Assembly (NCBI GenBank): GCA_041662325.1
Contig: JBAZSU010000006.1
Location: 183,161-247,160 of the forward strand
Origin: Sulfurimonas sp.
GTDB taxonomy: Bacteria; Campylobacterota; Campylobacteria; Campylobacterales; Sulfurimonadaceae
DNA: 64,000 bases
Reading direction: 5' to 3'
Shown here: piece after piece, positions 56,411-64,000 of the stretch
How positions within the stretch are numbered: position 1 is the first letter of the stretch
How the letters are laid out: each line of letters starts with the position of its first letter
The notes under the pieces: model-generated
Seen by the model: the letters and a program-made list of their open reading frames with translations, nothing else
Database searches by the model: none
What the model was told of the DNA's origin: nothing
Translations under genes and position numbers: made by a program

Positions 56411-57907
56411 TTAGTTCTTTTCCATCATGGCAATATTTAACATTTGCCCATCTTCAACGTCCAAATGCTTTACGGATGTTGTTATATTCTCTTTGCTGAA
56501 AACGTCATGATATGGAATTGAAGCCAGATCTATCTCTTGAGAATCACTGCTTAAAATCACAAAATCATTTGCATGTATTCTAAAAAGAAGTGAGTTTGGA
56601 AACATCTCTTTTAAAAGCTTGGCAAAATCAAAAAGTAACTGATTTCCCATCTCCCATCCATATTTAGCGTTGTACTCTTTAAAATTATGTAAAAAAACTA
56701 TATCTACATATTTATAAATATTACTAATGCTGTTCTTTAAAAAGACAATATTCAAATAATCCTGATTAAAGAGCTCCGTGACTCTGTCATTAAAAAAATA
56801 GACAAAGCGCTCATGTTCTAGCTCACTCTCCGGCAATTGCGTAGCACTCTCTTTTAAAACCACCTTTGAAAGCACTTTTAGCGCGCTCTCTACTACTTTT
56901 TCATGAAACTGTATATTGGAGAGCTTCTGCAACTCTTCCAATGCTTCGCTAAGATTCTTTCTGCTTTTGTAGATTCTGCTAGTAGTCATGGCATCAAAAG
57001 AATCCGCAACAATCATAATTTGCGAAAGTTCGTTAATCTCTTCGCCTTTTAGCCCTTTTGGATACCCTTTTCCGTCGTAGCGCTCATGGTGAGCATTTAT
57101 AATATTTGATATTATTTTAAACATAGGAATTTTATTTAACATATCAAAGCCTACGCTTACATGCTCCTGAATTAATTTGTACTCAATTTCATTCAGTTTA
57201 CCCGGTTTTAAAAGTATTGAATCCGGAGTGGCAACTTTTCCTATGTCGTGAAGTATTCCGGCTCTGTAAATCAGGTTACAATCCTCATCGCTACATTTCA
57301 TCTCTTTGGCTATCATTCTAGAATAATCGGCAACGCGTTGGGAATGCCCTGCCGTGTAGCTGTCACGACGCTCGATTAAGTCAATAAGTGCAATGAGCGT
57401 CTGTTCATAGTTGTCAATCTGTTCCATCTGCATGGCTTCACGTTTTTGTATCTCTTTTTCTACCAACTCTTCTAAATGTTGATGATAAAGTTTGTTTTCT
57501 TTTGTTTCATTTATTTTACTGACTGATTGAAAAATAGTATCTAACATTTGATCATTTTGAAAAGGTTTTACAATATAAGAGCCAACACCAAGCTTTATCG
57601 ACTCAATCAAATAATCGCTTTCCGTGTATGCCGATGTAATGATAATATCTTGTGCAGAGTTGATTTCCTTAATATTTCTTATCAAATCAATACCGTTTAA
57701 ATTAGGCATCCTGATATCTGTAATAACAATGTCACAAGCTCTTTCTTTGTACGCATCCAAAGCCTTTTGCCCATCTGAGACGGCTCTTATATCTTCAAAA
57801 AAATTACTCAAATACTTTTCAAATTTCTCTCTTAATTTATCTTCATCTTCTGCATAGATAATAGAAATATTTTTAGAAATATTTTTTAACTCTTGCACAC
57901 TTCTCAT
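56411..57907 (-). CDS. Response regulator with HD-GYP phosphodiesterase domain and degenerate GGDEF-like C-terminal domain
   Basis: 498 aa: receiver (IIYAEDED .. VITDIRMPNLNG .. IITSAY .. YIVKP), HD-GYP (GHSQRV .. HDIGK .. HHERYDGKGYPKGL), then about 130 aa with GGDEF-fold-like layout where the active-site position reads RIHANDFVIL instead of R.GGDEF.IL. ATGA overlap with the upstream kinase gene. Confidence 0.8.
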   Translation of the reverse strand: MRSVQELKNISKNISIIYAEDEDKLREKFEKYLSNFFEDIRAVSDGQKALDAYKERACDIVITDIRMPNLNGIDLIRNIKEINSAQDIIITSAYTESDYLIESIKLGVGSYIVKPFQNDQMLDTIFQSVSKINETKENKLYHQHLEELVEKEIQKREAMQMEQIDNYEQTLIALIDLIERRDSYTAGHSQRVADYSRMIAKEMKCSDEDCNLIYRAGILHDIGKVATPDSILLKPGKLNEIEYKLIQEHVSVGFDMLNKIPMFKIISNIINAHHERYDGKGYPKGLKGEEINELSQIMIVADSFDAMTTSRIYKSRKNLSEALEELQKLSNIQFHEKVVESALKVLSKVVLKESATQLPESELEHERFVYFFNDRVTELFNQDYLNIVFLKNSISNIYKYVDIVFLHNFKEYNAKYGWEMGNQLLFDFAKLLKEMFPNSLLFRIHANDFVILSSDSQEIDLASIPYHDVFSKENITTSVKHLDVEDGQMLNIAMMEKN

Positions 57908-60885
57908 CTCATGCTACTCTCTGTTTTTTTTTGCAATTCAATGCAAAAACATACGCCGTCTTTTGTGTTTATGACACTCAATGTGCCATTAATATGTTTT
58001 TCTATAATCATCTTTGACATATACAAACCTATCCCCGTGCCGCTTTTACTATTTTTGGTTGAAAAGTACGGATCAAATATTTTAGCAAGATTATGCTCCT
58101 CTATTGATCCTCCATTATTGCACATATCTATAATTATACTATTTTCAGTATCTTTTATGCTTACAACTATCTCTCTTTCTTCTTCATTCCTGTTTTCTAC
58201 CAAAGCTTCTTTAGCATTTTTTAGTATATTTATAAATACTTGCACCAACTCGCGTGAATAGACTTTTATCTTAGGAGTAGGAGCAATATTTATTTTATAA
58301 ACTATGCTGCTGTTTTCCAAGCTTTTGGACATCATATTTAATGAATTCTCTAACAGCTCTTCTATATTTACCTCTTCTAACTCTTTGCTTGGTTTAAAAA
58401 AGTCTCTAAAATCATCTATCGTATTTGACAAATATCTTGTTTGTTCTAAAATATCGTTTGCCTCTTGCTGTACTTCATCATCATTTAAATTCCCCAACTC
58501 TAGGTCAAGCAGCATATTATTTGCACTCATAGATATAACGCTTATAGGTTGGCGCCACTGATGCGCTATCATGCTTATCATCTCCCCCATGGCCGCCGAG
58601 CGTGACTGTGCTATCATCAGTTCATCTTTTTGTTTTAACTCCTGCTCCATAATCATTCTATTTGAGATATCCTGCTTAATTCCTATATAGTTTACAATCT
58701 TCCCGTTTTTGTTTTTTATAGGAGAGATAATTGCTGATTCCCAATACTCTTCTCCGCTTTTTTTAATATTTTTAAAAGTGCCTGACCATGTTTGTTCATT
58801 AGCTAGCTTATTCCATAGCTCTTCATACTCTTCTTTTGTTGTAGCACCCGATGCAAGTATTCTCGGATTGTTTCCAAGGACTTCCTCCGGAGAGTATCCT
58901 GTAGTTTTTGTAAAAAATGGATTCACATATTCAAGATTTCCATATATATCGGTAATGACGATAGATACCGGACTCTGCTCAATAGCTGTTTTAAGTTTTT
59001 TTAGCTCTTGTTCTGAAGCCAACTGCTCTGTTGTGTCTATGATAATGCCTGTAATTTTTACAGGGATACCCTGAGCAGACTTAACAACCTCATTTTTTAT
59101 TTTAACATTACGCTCACTGCTGTCTCTTCTTTTGAGCACGCACTCTATCTCTTCTTTTTCTGTTTTTCCTTCTCTAATCCTTGCAATTAAGATGTTTATT
59201 TTATTCTGATCCTTTTGCGAGAAGTAGCTCATTAAAACTTCATATTCAGGGATAAAAGAAGTTATTTTTTCACCGAATATTCTAAAAACTTCATCAGACA
59301 GAATCACTTCTTTTGTCTCTAAGTTCATCTCCCAACTACCGATATGGCCTATGCGCTCTGCATCATTAAGCATCTTATATGCAGAATTAAGTTTTTTTTC
59401 ATAATTCTTTCTATCAGTAATATCAAAGTGTGCAACAATCACGCCATGCGTTACCCCATTCTCATCTATCAAAGGCACTTTCGAACTGTTGAGCCATATT
59501 TTTGAGCCATCTGATTTTGTTTGAGGTTCTTCATAGTTTATCTTGCTTCTTTTTGACTCCATAACTTCTCTATCATCTGCTAAATAATACTCCGCTTCCG
59601 CCGCCCATGGCATATCGAAATCAGACTTACCTACTATATCCTTTTCAAAAGTTAAATTTAATTCATTTGCAAATATTTTATTACACCCTAAATATTTAGA
59701 CTCACTGTCTTTCCAAAAAATCGATATAGGAACTGCATTAATAATTGTTTTCAATAAAGTACTTTCACGCTTTAGCTGTTTCTCAATATTTTTCAGTTCA
59801 GATATATCAGTGCACACCTGAACGGTTCCTTCTGTATGGTTTGCCAAAACAATAGGACTGATTGTAAAGCTGTACACATGTGAATCATTATGAAATTCAT
59901 ACGACGAAACCGTTCTCATATTTTTTATAAAGGTACAAAGTTCACACTGATTCTCTTCTATCTTTTTATTATGAAACAGAACATGATTGGAGTGATTTAT
60001 TATCTCATATTTAGATAGATTCAAAAACGATTTTGCCGCACGATTGGCTTGACGAATAATCCCCTCTGCGTCAACTACAACTACCGGAACCGGAACTGCA
60101 TTATATGTACTGACCTCATGCGCCAAAAGCTTAAACGGCTTTTCTAATGATATCTGGGCAATAGATAAGAATATCATCCAATAAGACAAAAATTTGAATA
60201 TATGGCCCAGCATACTGCTGGAATCATAAAAATCAACATAAAAAGTAAGTGTAAATTCGGAACAAATTGTAAATAAAATAGATGCAATGATATAGTGGTA
60301 AATTGCTGTTTCAAGTCTGTTTTTTAATTTATTATAGATGAATACTGCGATTATAAGCAAAGCAATAATAATATACTCGAATCCGATTTTTAAAGATGTC
60401 AAACCCTCATTCTCTACAAATAAGACAGGTGCATATTCTGAAAATGCAATCCAGTATCCAACGATTGAGACAAAACCGAATAAAATGAAAATTCTGATTT
60501 TTGGAATATATGTAAAAGAGACAAACGGCGCACTTATCAACAGCAAAGCTTCCAAAAAGCGGGAGAGCACCCAAAAGGTGAGTGTTATATTTGGATTATC
60601 TATCGAGTAAATCATCATACCTTTAAATGTAAGCATATGAAAAAGATCAAGAAGCGCAATCCAAAAATAGCCGATTCCAAGATAGAGCAAAAAACTATTT
60701 TTTGTGAATTGGTATGTGTAGTAGGAGATTGCAATCATCATAAAACCGACCAAAACAGAAAAAATTTCAGCCAAACTGTGAAAAAGGAGGTGCCCACCAA
60801 AGGAGCGCGCCACAACTATAGCAAATATAAATATAAAAGGAATCGTTGAAGCCCTAAAAAATTCATGTTTTATTGTTTCTCTCAA
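57904..60885 (-). CDS. Multi-PAS sensor histidine kinase with polytopic N-terminal membrane domain
   Basis: 993 aa: about 8 TM helices (residues about 15-250), several PAS/PAC-like units, H-box IAHQWRQPIS, and HATPase (..NILKNAKEA .. GGSI .. GTGIGLYMSK ..). Confidence 0.85.
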   Translation of the reverse strand: MRETIKHEFFRASTIPFIFIFAIVVARSFGGHLLFHSLAEIFSVLVGFMMIAISYYTYQFTKNSFLLYLGIGYFWIALLDLFHMLTFKGMMIYSIDNPNITLTFWVLSRFLEALLLISAPFVSFTYIPKIRIFILFGFVSIVGYWIAFSEYAPVLFVENEGLTSLKIGFEYIIIALLIIAVFIYNKLKNRLETAIYHYIIASILFTICSEFTLTFYVDFYDSSSMLGHIFKFLSYWMIFLSIAQISLEKPFKLLAHEVSTYNAVPVPVVVVDAEGIIRQANRAAKSFLNLSKYEIINHSNHVLFHNKKIEENQCELCTFIKNMRTVSSYEFHNDSHVYSFTISPIVLANHTEGTVQVCTDISELKNIEKQLKRESTLLKTIINAVPISIFWKDSESKYLGCNKIFANELNLTFEKDIVGKSDFDMPWAAEAEYYLADDREVMESKRSKINYEEPQTKSDGSKIWLNSSKVPLIDENGVTHGVIVAHFDITDRKNYEKKLNSAYKMLNDAERIGHIGSWEMNLETKEVILSDEVFRIFGEKITSFIPEYEVLMSYFSQKDQNKINILIARIREGKTEKEEIECVLKRRDSSERNVKIKNEVVKSAQGIPVKITGIIIDTTEQLASEQELKKLKTAIEQSPVSIVITDIYGNLEYVNPFFTKTTGYSPEEVLGNNPRILASGATTKEEYEELWNKLANEQTWSGTFKNIKKSGEEYWESAIISPIKNKNGKIVNYIGIKQDISNRMIMEQELKQKDELMIAQSRSAAMGEMISMIAHQWRQPISVISMSANNMLLDLELGNLNDDEVQQEANDILEQTRYLSNTIDDFRDFFKPSKELEEVNIEELLENSLNMMSKSLENSSIVYKINIAPTPKIKVYSRELVQVFINILKNAKEALVENRNEEEREIVVSIKDTENSIIIDMCNNGGSIEEHNLAKIFDPYFSTKNSKSGTGIGLYMSKMIIEKHINGTLSVINTKDGVCFCIELQKKTESSMR

Positions 60886-60972
60886 ATCAGACCCCCTCCC
60901 CTCACTCTATCTCACAAATATAAACTTTGAATTTGATAAGTATAGCACTATCTTTTTTTATTATTGGTTACA

Positions 60973-61485
60973 TTAAGCCCACTCTTCAATTTTTTCGTTA
61001 ATTTCCATGTGCGTCAGGTAGAGTCTCAAATCAAACTCTGTCTGATGGTAGGAGGGCTGCATGAATTGGCAAAGCTGATAGAAAGCTTTATTGTGCTCTT
61101 TTTCTTTAAAATGGGCAAGTTCATGCACAACAATCATCTTCAAAAACTCCTCCGGAACACTCTTAAACATGGAAGAAATTCTAATCTCGTTTTTTGCTTT
61201 TAACTTGTTTCCCTGCACTCTTGAGATGAAATTATGCGTGCCGAGAGCGTTGTGGATGACATTAATTTTTCCGTCATAGAGGACTTTGCTCAGGGGCGGC
61301 GATTTTTTGAGATACTCATTTTTGAGTTCATTGACATACGCAAAGAGTGCTTTATCATTTTTGATGCCATGTGACGTTTTATATTTGTTTAGAAGATGAA
61401 GCCCCAGCTTATCTTCGTTGATAAGTCTATGAACTCCTGCTTTTGTCTGCTCATTGTAGTGGTTAAGGTATTTGAGTGGTTTCAT
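60973..61485 (-). CDS. YgjP-like (DUF45/M48-related) zinc metallopeptidase
   Basis: 170 aa with the HELAH..E.H motif (VVHELAHFKEKEHNKAF) near the C terminus. Confidence 0.7.
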   Translation of the reverse strand: MKPLKYLNHYNEQTKAGVHRLINEDKLGLHLLNKYKTSHGIKNDKALFAYVNELKNEYLKKSPPLSKVLYDGKINVIHNALGTHNFISRVQGNKLKAKNEIRISSMFKSVPEEFLKMIVVHELAHFKEKEHNKAFYQLCQFMQPSYHQTEFDLRLYLTHMEINEKIEEWA

Positions 61486-61516
61486 GTTTTGTCAATATTA
61501 CCGCAGCACATATTTT

Positions 61517-62806
61517 TTAATATTCAATTCGGTTTCTTCCGTTTTGTTTCGCTCTGTATAATAGTTTATCGACCTCGTCTATGATGCTAGAGAAAGTATC
61601 GCCTTGTTTAAATTGATATATACCAAAACTGCATGTGATTTTAAGGTCTTGAAAAGTGTTTTTTTCAACTAAATTACGAAGTTTTTCAGTAACTTCTATA
61701 GCATATTCTAAATTTGTATTTGATAATAATATTATAAATTCTTCACCGCCATATCTTGCAATGAAGTCGCTTGTTCGTATATTTTTTGATATCAGCTGTG
61801 ATAATTCTTTTAAAACAAAATCACCTGCTAGATGACCATATGTGTCATTCACATTTTTAAAATAATCCACATCATACATGATTGCACAAAATGGCATCTC
61901 TGGGTAACGGCTCGATTTTTTGACCATAAAATCGAGTATTTCATTGAGTTTTGCTCTATTATGCAAAGATGTCAGAGTATCGGTAGAAGCTAAATGTACA
62001 AAGAACTCTTTCTCTTCTTGTAACTTCGTAATATCATTAAAAGTTACTACATGCATTCCATCTTGATTTGGGTAAGGGTTAGAAACAACGATAAAATTAT
62101 GCATTTTGCCATCTTTTCCCATGCCGTCTACTCGCCATCCACTCTCTTCTATCTCTTTTAGCCAGTTACTGCATCTATACTCTTTCTTATGCAAAGATGG
62201 TTTTAATATAGACCAGATACACAAACATTCGGTTTGAACTAACTCTTCAAGGGATGCGAGATTGAAAAAGTTTAAAAATGCACTGTTTCCATGGTATATT
62301 CTTTTGCCATCTGTAACAACAACAAGATTTTCTTGCGTATCAAGAATAGTTCTAATTAGATTTTCAGAAATTTTAAGTTTTTCATTTGCTTCACATAAAG
62401 CCCCTTTCATGGCATTTATTTCTCGCATATCCGTTACCATGGCAAACGAGCAGGAGAATTGATTGTTTTGATCATAAACAGTTGTAGCTGCAAATATTGT
62501 AGGGATACTCTTTCCATCTTTAGCTTGAAGCTCAATACTATATGTGCTATGGCTTGTGATATTTATTTTTGAGAATTGCTCTTGGAAGATTATTTTATTT
62601 TTATCATCAACAAAGTCTGAAGGAGTTTTACCTATAAACTCATCAAATGAATAATCCAGCATTTTACAAAGAGCACTATTCACATAGGTTATTCTTCTGT
62701 TGTTGTCGATTATCCAGAATCCCTCTTTTGTAACTTCGAAAACTTTTTTAAAGATAGAATAATTTTTATTCATTAATAACCAACCCAGTTGTAATTCAAC
62801 ACCCAT
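61517..62806 (-). CDS. PAS-PAS-GGDEF diguanylate cyclase
   Basis: 429 aa with two PAS-like segments, then GGDEF with RYGGEEF. The start may be the internal Met at 62773 (MNKNYS..). Confidence 0.85.
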   Translation of the reverse strand: MGVELQLGWLLMNKNYSIFKKVFEVTKEGFWIIDNNRRITYVNSALCKMLDYSFDEFIGKTPSDFVDDKNKIIFQEQFSKINITSHSTYSIELQAKDGKSIPTIFAATTVYDQNNQFSCSFAMVTDMREINAMKGALCEANEKLKISENLIRTILDTQENLVVVTDGKRIYHGNSAFLNFFNLASLEELVQTECLCIWSILKPSLHKKEYRCSNWLKEIEESGWRVDGMGKDGKMHNFIVVSNPYPNQDGMHVVTFNDITKLQEEKEFFVHLASTDTLTSLHNRAKLNEILDFMVKKSSRYPEMPFCAIMYDVDYFKNVNDTYGHLAGDFVLKELSQLISKNIRTSDFIARYGGEEFIILLSNTNLEYAIEVTEKLRNLVEKNTFQDLKITCSFGIYQFKQGDTFSSIIDEVDKLLYRAKQNGRNRIEY

Positions 62807-62842
62807 TTTATACTAGTTAAAAAATAAAATAGCTTAAACGGC

Positions 62843-62866
62843 GAAAAAGAGGATCTTCTTATCCTC
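62843..62866 (-). terminator. Rho-independent terminator of the helicase gene
   Basis: On the minus strand, gaggat-aagaag-atcctc is followed by cttttt. It lies 36 nt downstream of the stop at 62902. Confidence 0.5.
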
Positions 62867-62901
62867 AAAACTGTGAAAAATATGGTGATAAATCTATTCT
62901 T

Positions 62902-64000
62902 TCAAAGCACCCATACAGAAAATTTCTTGCCCTTAATCTTTCCATGCTGGAGTTTTTTATGCGCTTGATCTATAAACTTGGATGCAATTGCAACATAACT
63001 CTGCTTCTCGTAGATATCAATTTTTCCTATGCTCTCGCCCGAGAGTCCTGCATCTCCAGTAAGTGCACCTAACAAATCTCCAGCACGCACTTTATCTTTT
63101 TTTCCGCCCTCTATTACAAGAGTAATAAATTGCGGTTTCATCTCAAACCCGTTCTCTTTTTTTAAACTCTGTGACTCTTCAAAAATGCGGATTTCGTTTT
63201 TGTATTCAAGAGCATTTTGCACCTCATATTCACTGTAAAGTGTTATTGCGATACCCTCTTGCCCTGCTCTTCCTGTTCTTCCTATACGGTGCGTATACGT
63301 TTCTGCTCCATGCGGAATGTCATAATTTACAACCATGGAGAGCTCTTTTATGTCAAGTCCTCTTGCCGCTACGTCTGTGGCGACTAACACGGGGCAGCTT
63401 TTGTTAGCAAACTGAACTAACACATCGTTTCGCTCATACTGCTCCAAATCGCCGTGAATTGCGAGTGCATCGATTTTGTTTTTTTGCAGGTTCTCTGCAA
63501 TCTCTTTTGCATCGAGTTTTGTGTTAGTAAAAACTATAACATTTTCAGGTTTGTAAGTGCTGAAAATCTTGATGAGCGTCTCTAATTTATTGCCCTTTTG
63601 TGCTTCATAAAATCGTTCACTTATCTTGTTCGCCACCTCGGTAGAAACAGTTTTTACACTCACGGCATCTTTTTGGAGTTTGTTACTGATTCCGATTATC
63701 TCGTCCGTGTAAGTCGCCGAAAAAAGAAGAGTCTGCTTCTCTTTTGGAGCATATTCTAAGACTTTATCAATCTCTTCAATAAACCCCATGTCAAGCATTC
63801 TGTCCGCTTCATCGAGCACAAGTGTTTCTAAGTTTTCTAAACTCAAAGTCTCTTTATTAAGGTGTTTTAAAATTCGCCCCGGAGTTCCGACTATGATGTG
63901 CGCACCATGACTGAGTGAGCCGAGTTGAGGTCCAAAAGCAGCTCCTCCGCAGAGGGTTAGAATCTTAATGTTGTGTGTAAATCGTGCAAGTGTGCGAAGC
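62902..64000 (-). CDS. dbpA: DEAD-box RNA helicase with DbpA-type C-terminal RNA-binding domain (5' end beyond the window)
   Basis: The frame stays open to the window edge (..GTPGRILKHL.. upstream of the first Met). DEAD (VLDEADRML), SAT (FSAT), HRIGRTGRAG and the C-terminal ..GGKKDKVRAGDLLGALTG..GKIDI...SYVAI.. DbpA-like domain are present. Confidence 0.85.
   Translation of the reverse strand, partial: LRTLARFTHNIKILTLCGGAAFGPQLGSLSHGAHIIVGTPGRILKHLNKETLSLENLETLVLDEADRMLDMGFIEEIDKVLEYAPKEKQTLLFSATYTDEIIGISNKLQKDAVSVKTVSTEVANKISERFYEAQKGNKLETLIKIFSTYKPENVIVFTNTKLDAKEIAENLQKNKIDALAIHGDLEQYERNDVLVQFANKSCPVLVATDVAARGLDIKELSMVVNYDIPHGAETYTHRIGRTGRAGQEGIAITLYSEYEVQNALEYKNEIRIFEESQSLKKENGFEMKPQFITLVIEGGKKDKVRAGDLLGALTGDAGLSGESIGKIDIYEKQSYVAIASKFIDQAHKKLQHGKIKGKKFSVWVL

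Overview
Low-GC bacterial chromosome segment. Gene content points to a sulfur-oxidising member of the Campylobacterota, Sulfurimonas-like: soxCDYZ, Helicobacter-type nifS-nifU, HxWxxP-type histidine-kinase H-boxes and many GGDEF/HD-GYP proteins. This taxonomic call is inference only. Left to right: (1) a periplasmic sulfur-oxidation locus (soxC tail, soxD, soxY, soxZ, SoxH-like metallo-beta-lactamase, thioredoxin-like, MOSC, DUF302 proteins, FccB/SoxF-like flavoprotein). (2) Housekeeping genes (moaC, mobA, tRNA-Ala(GGC), ompA-like, leuC, rsuA-like, nifS, nifU). (3) A three-gene module with a receptor-fused CheA-type kinase, CheX and CheY. (4) A TetR-controlled LolA-like/OMP/MMPL operon. (5) A molybdate operon that starts with an OprD-family porin and is preceded by a ModE-type box. 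(6) A small decayed accessory islet with RhuM-like and DinD-like pseudogenes invaded by palindromic repeats, next to an intact AT-rich 2-TM gene. (7) DUF234, dksA-like, tex, a REC-REC-GGDEF regulator and an ABC-F ATPase. (8) A visibly GC-richer block with a 7TMR-DISM two-component pair divergent from a 2777-aa DUF4347/PATR/delta-60/RTX giant protein plus a small OMP. (9) More c-di-GMP and PAS signalling genes, a YgjP-like metallopeptidase and a truncated dbpA-like helicase. No CRISPR array, integrase, transposase, reverse transcriptase or rRNA was seen. Two families of conserved intergenic hairpin elements recur across the window. All functional calls come from motif recognition by eye; no database search was run.
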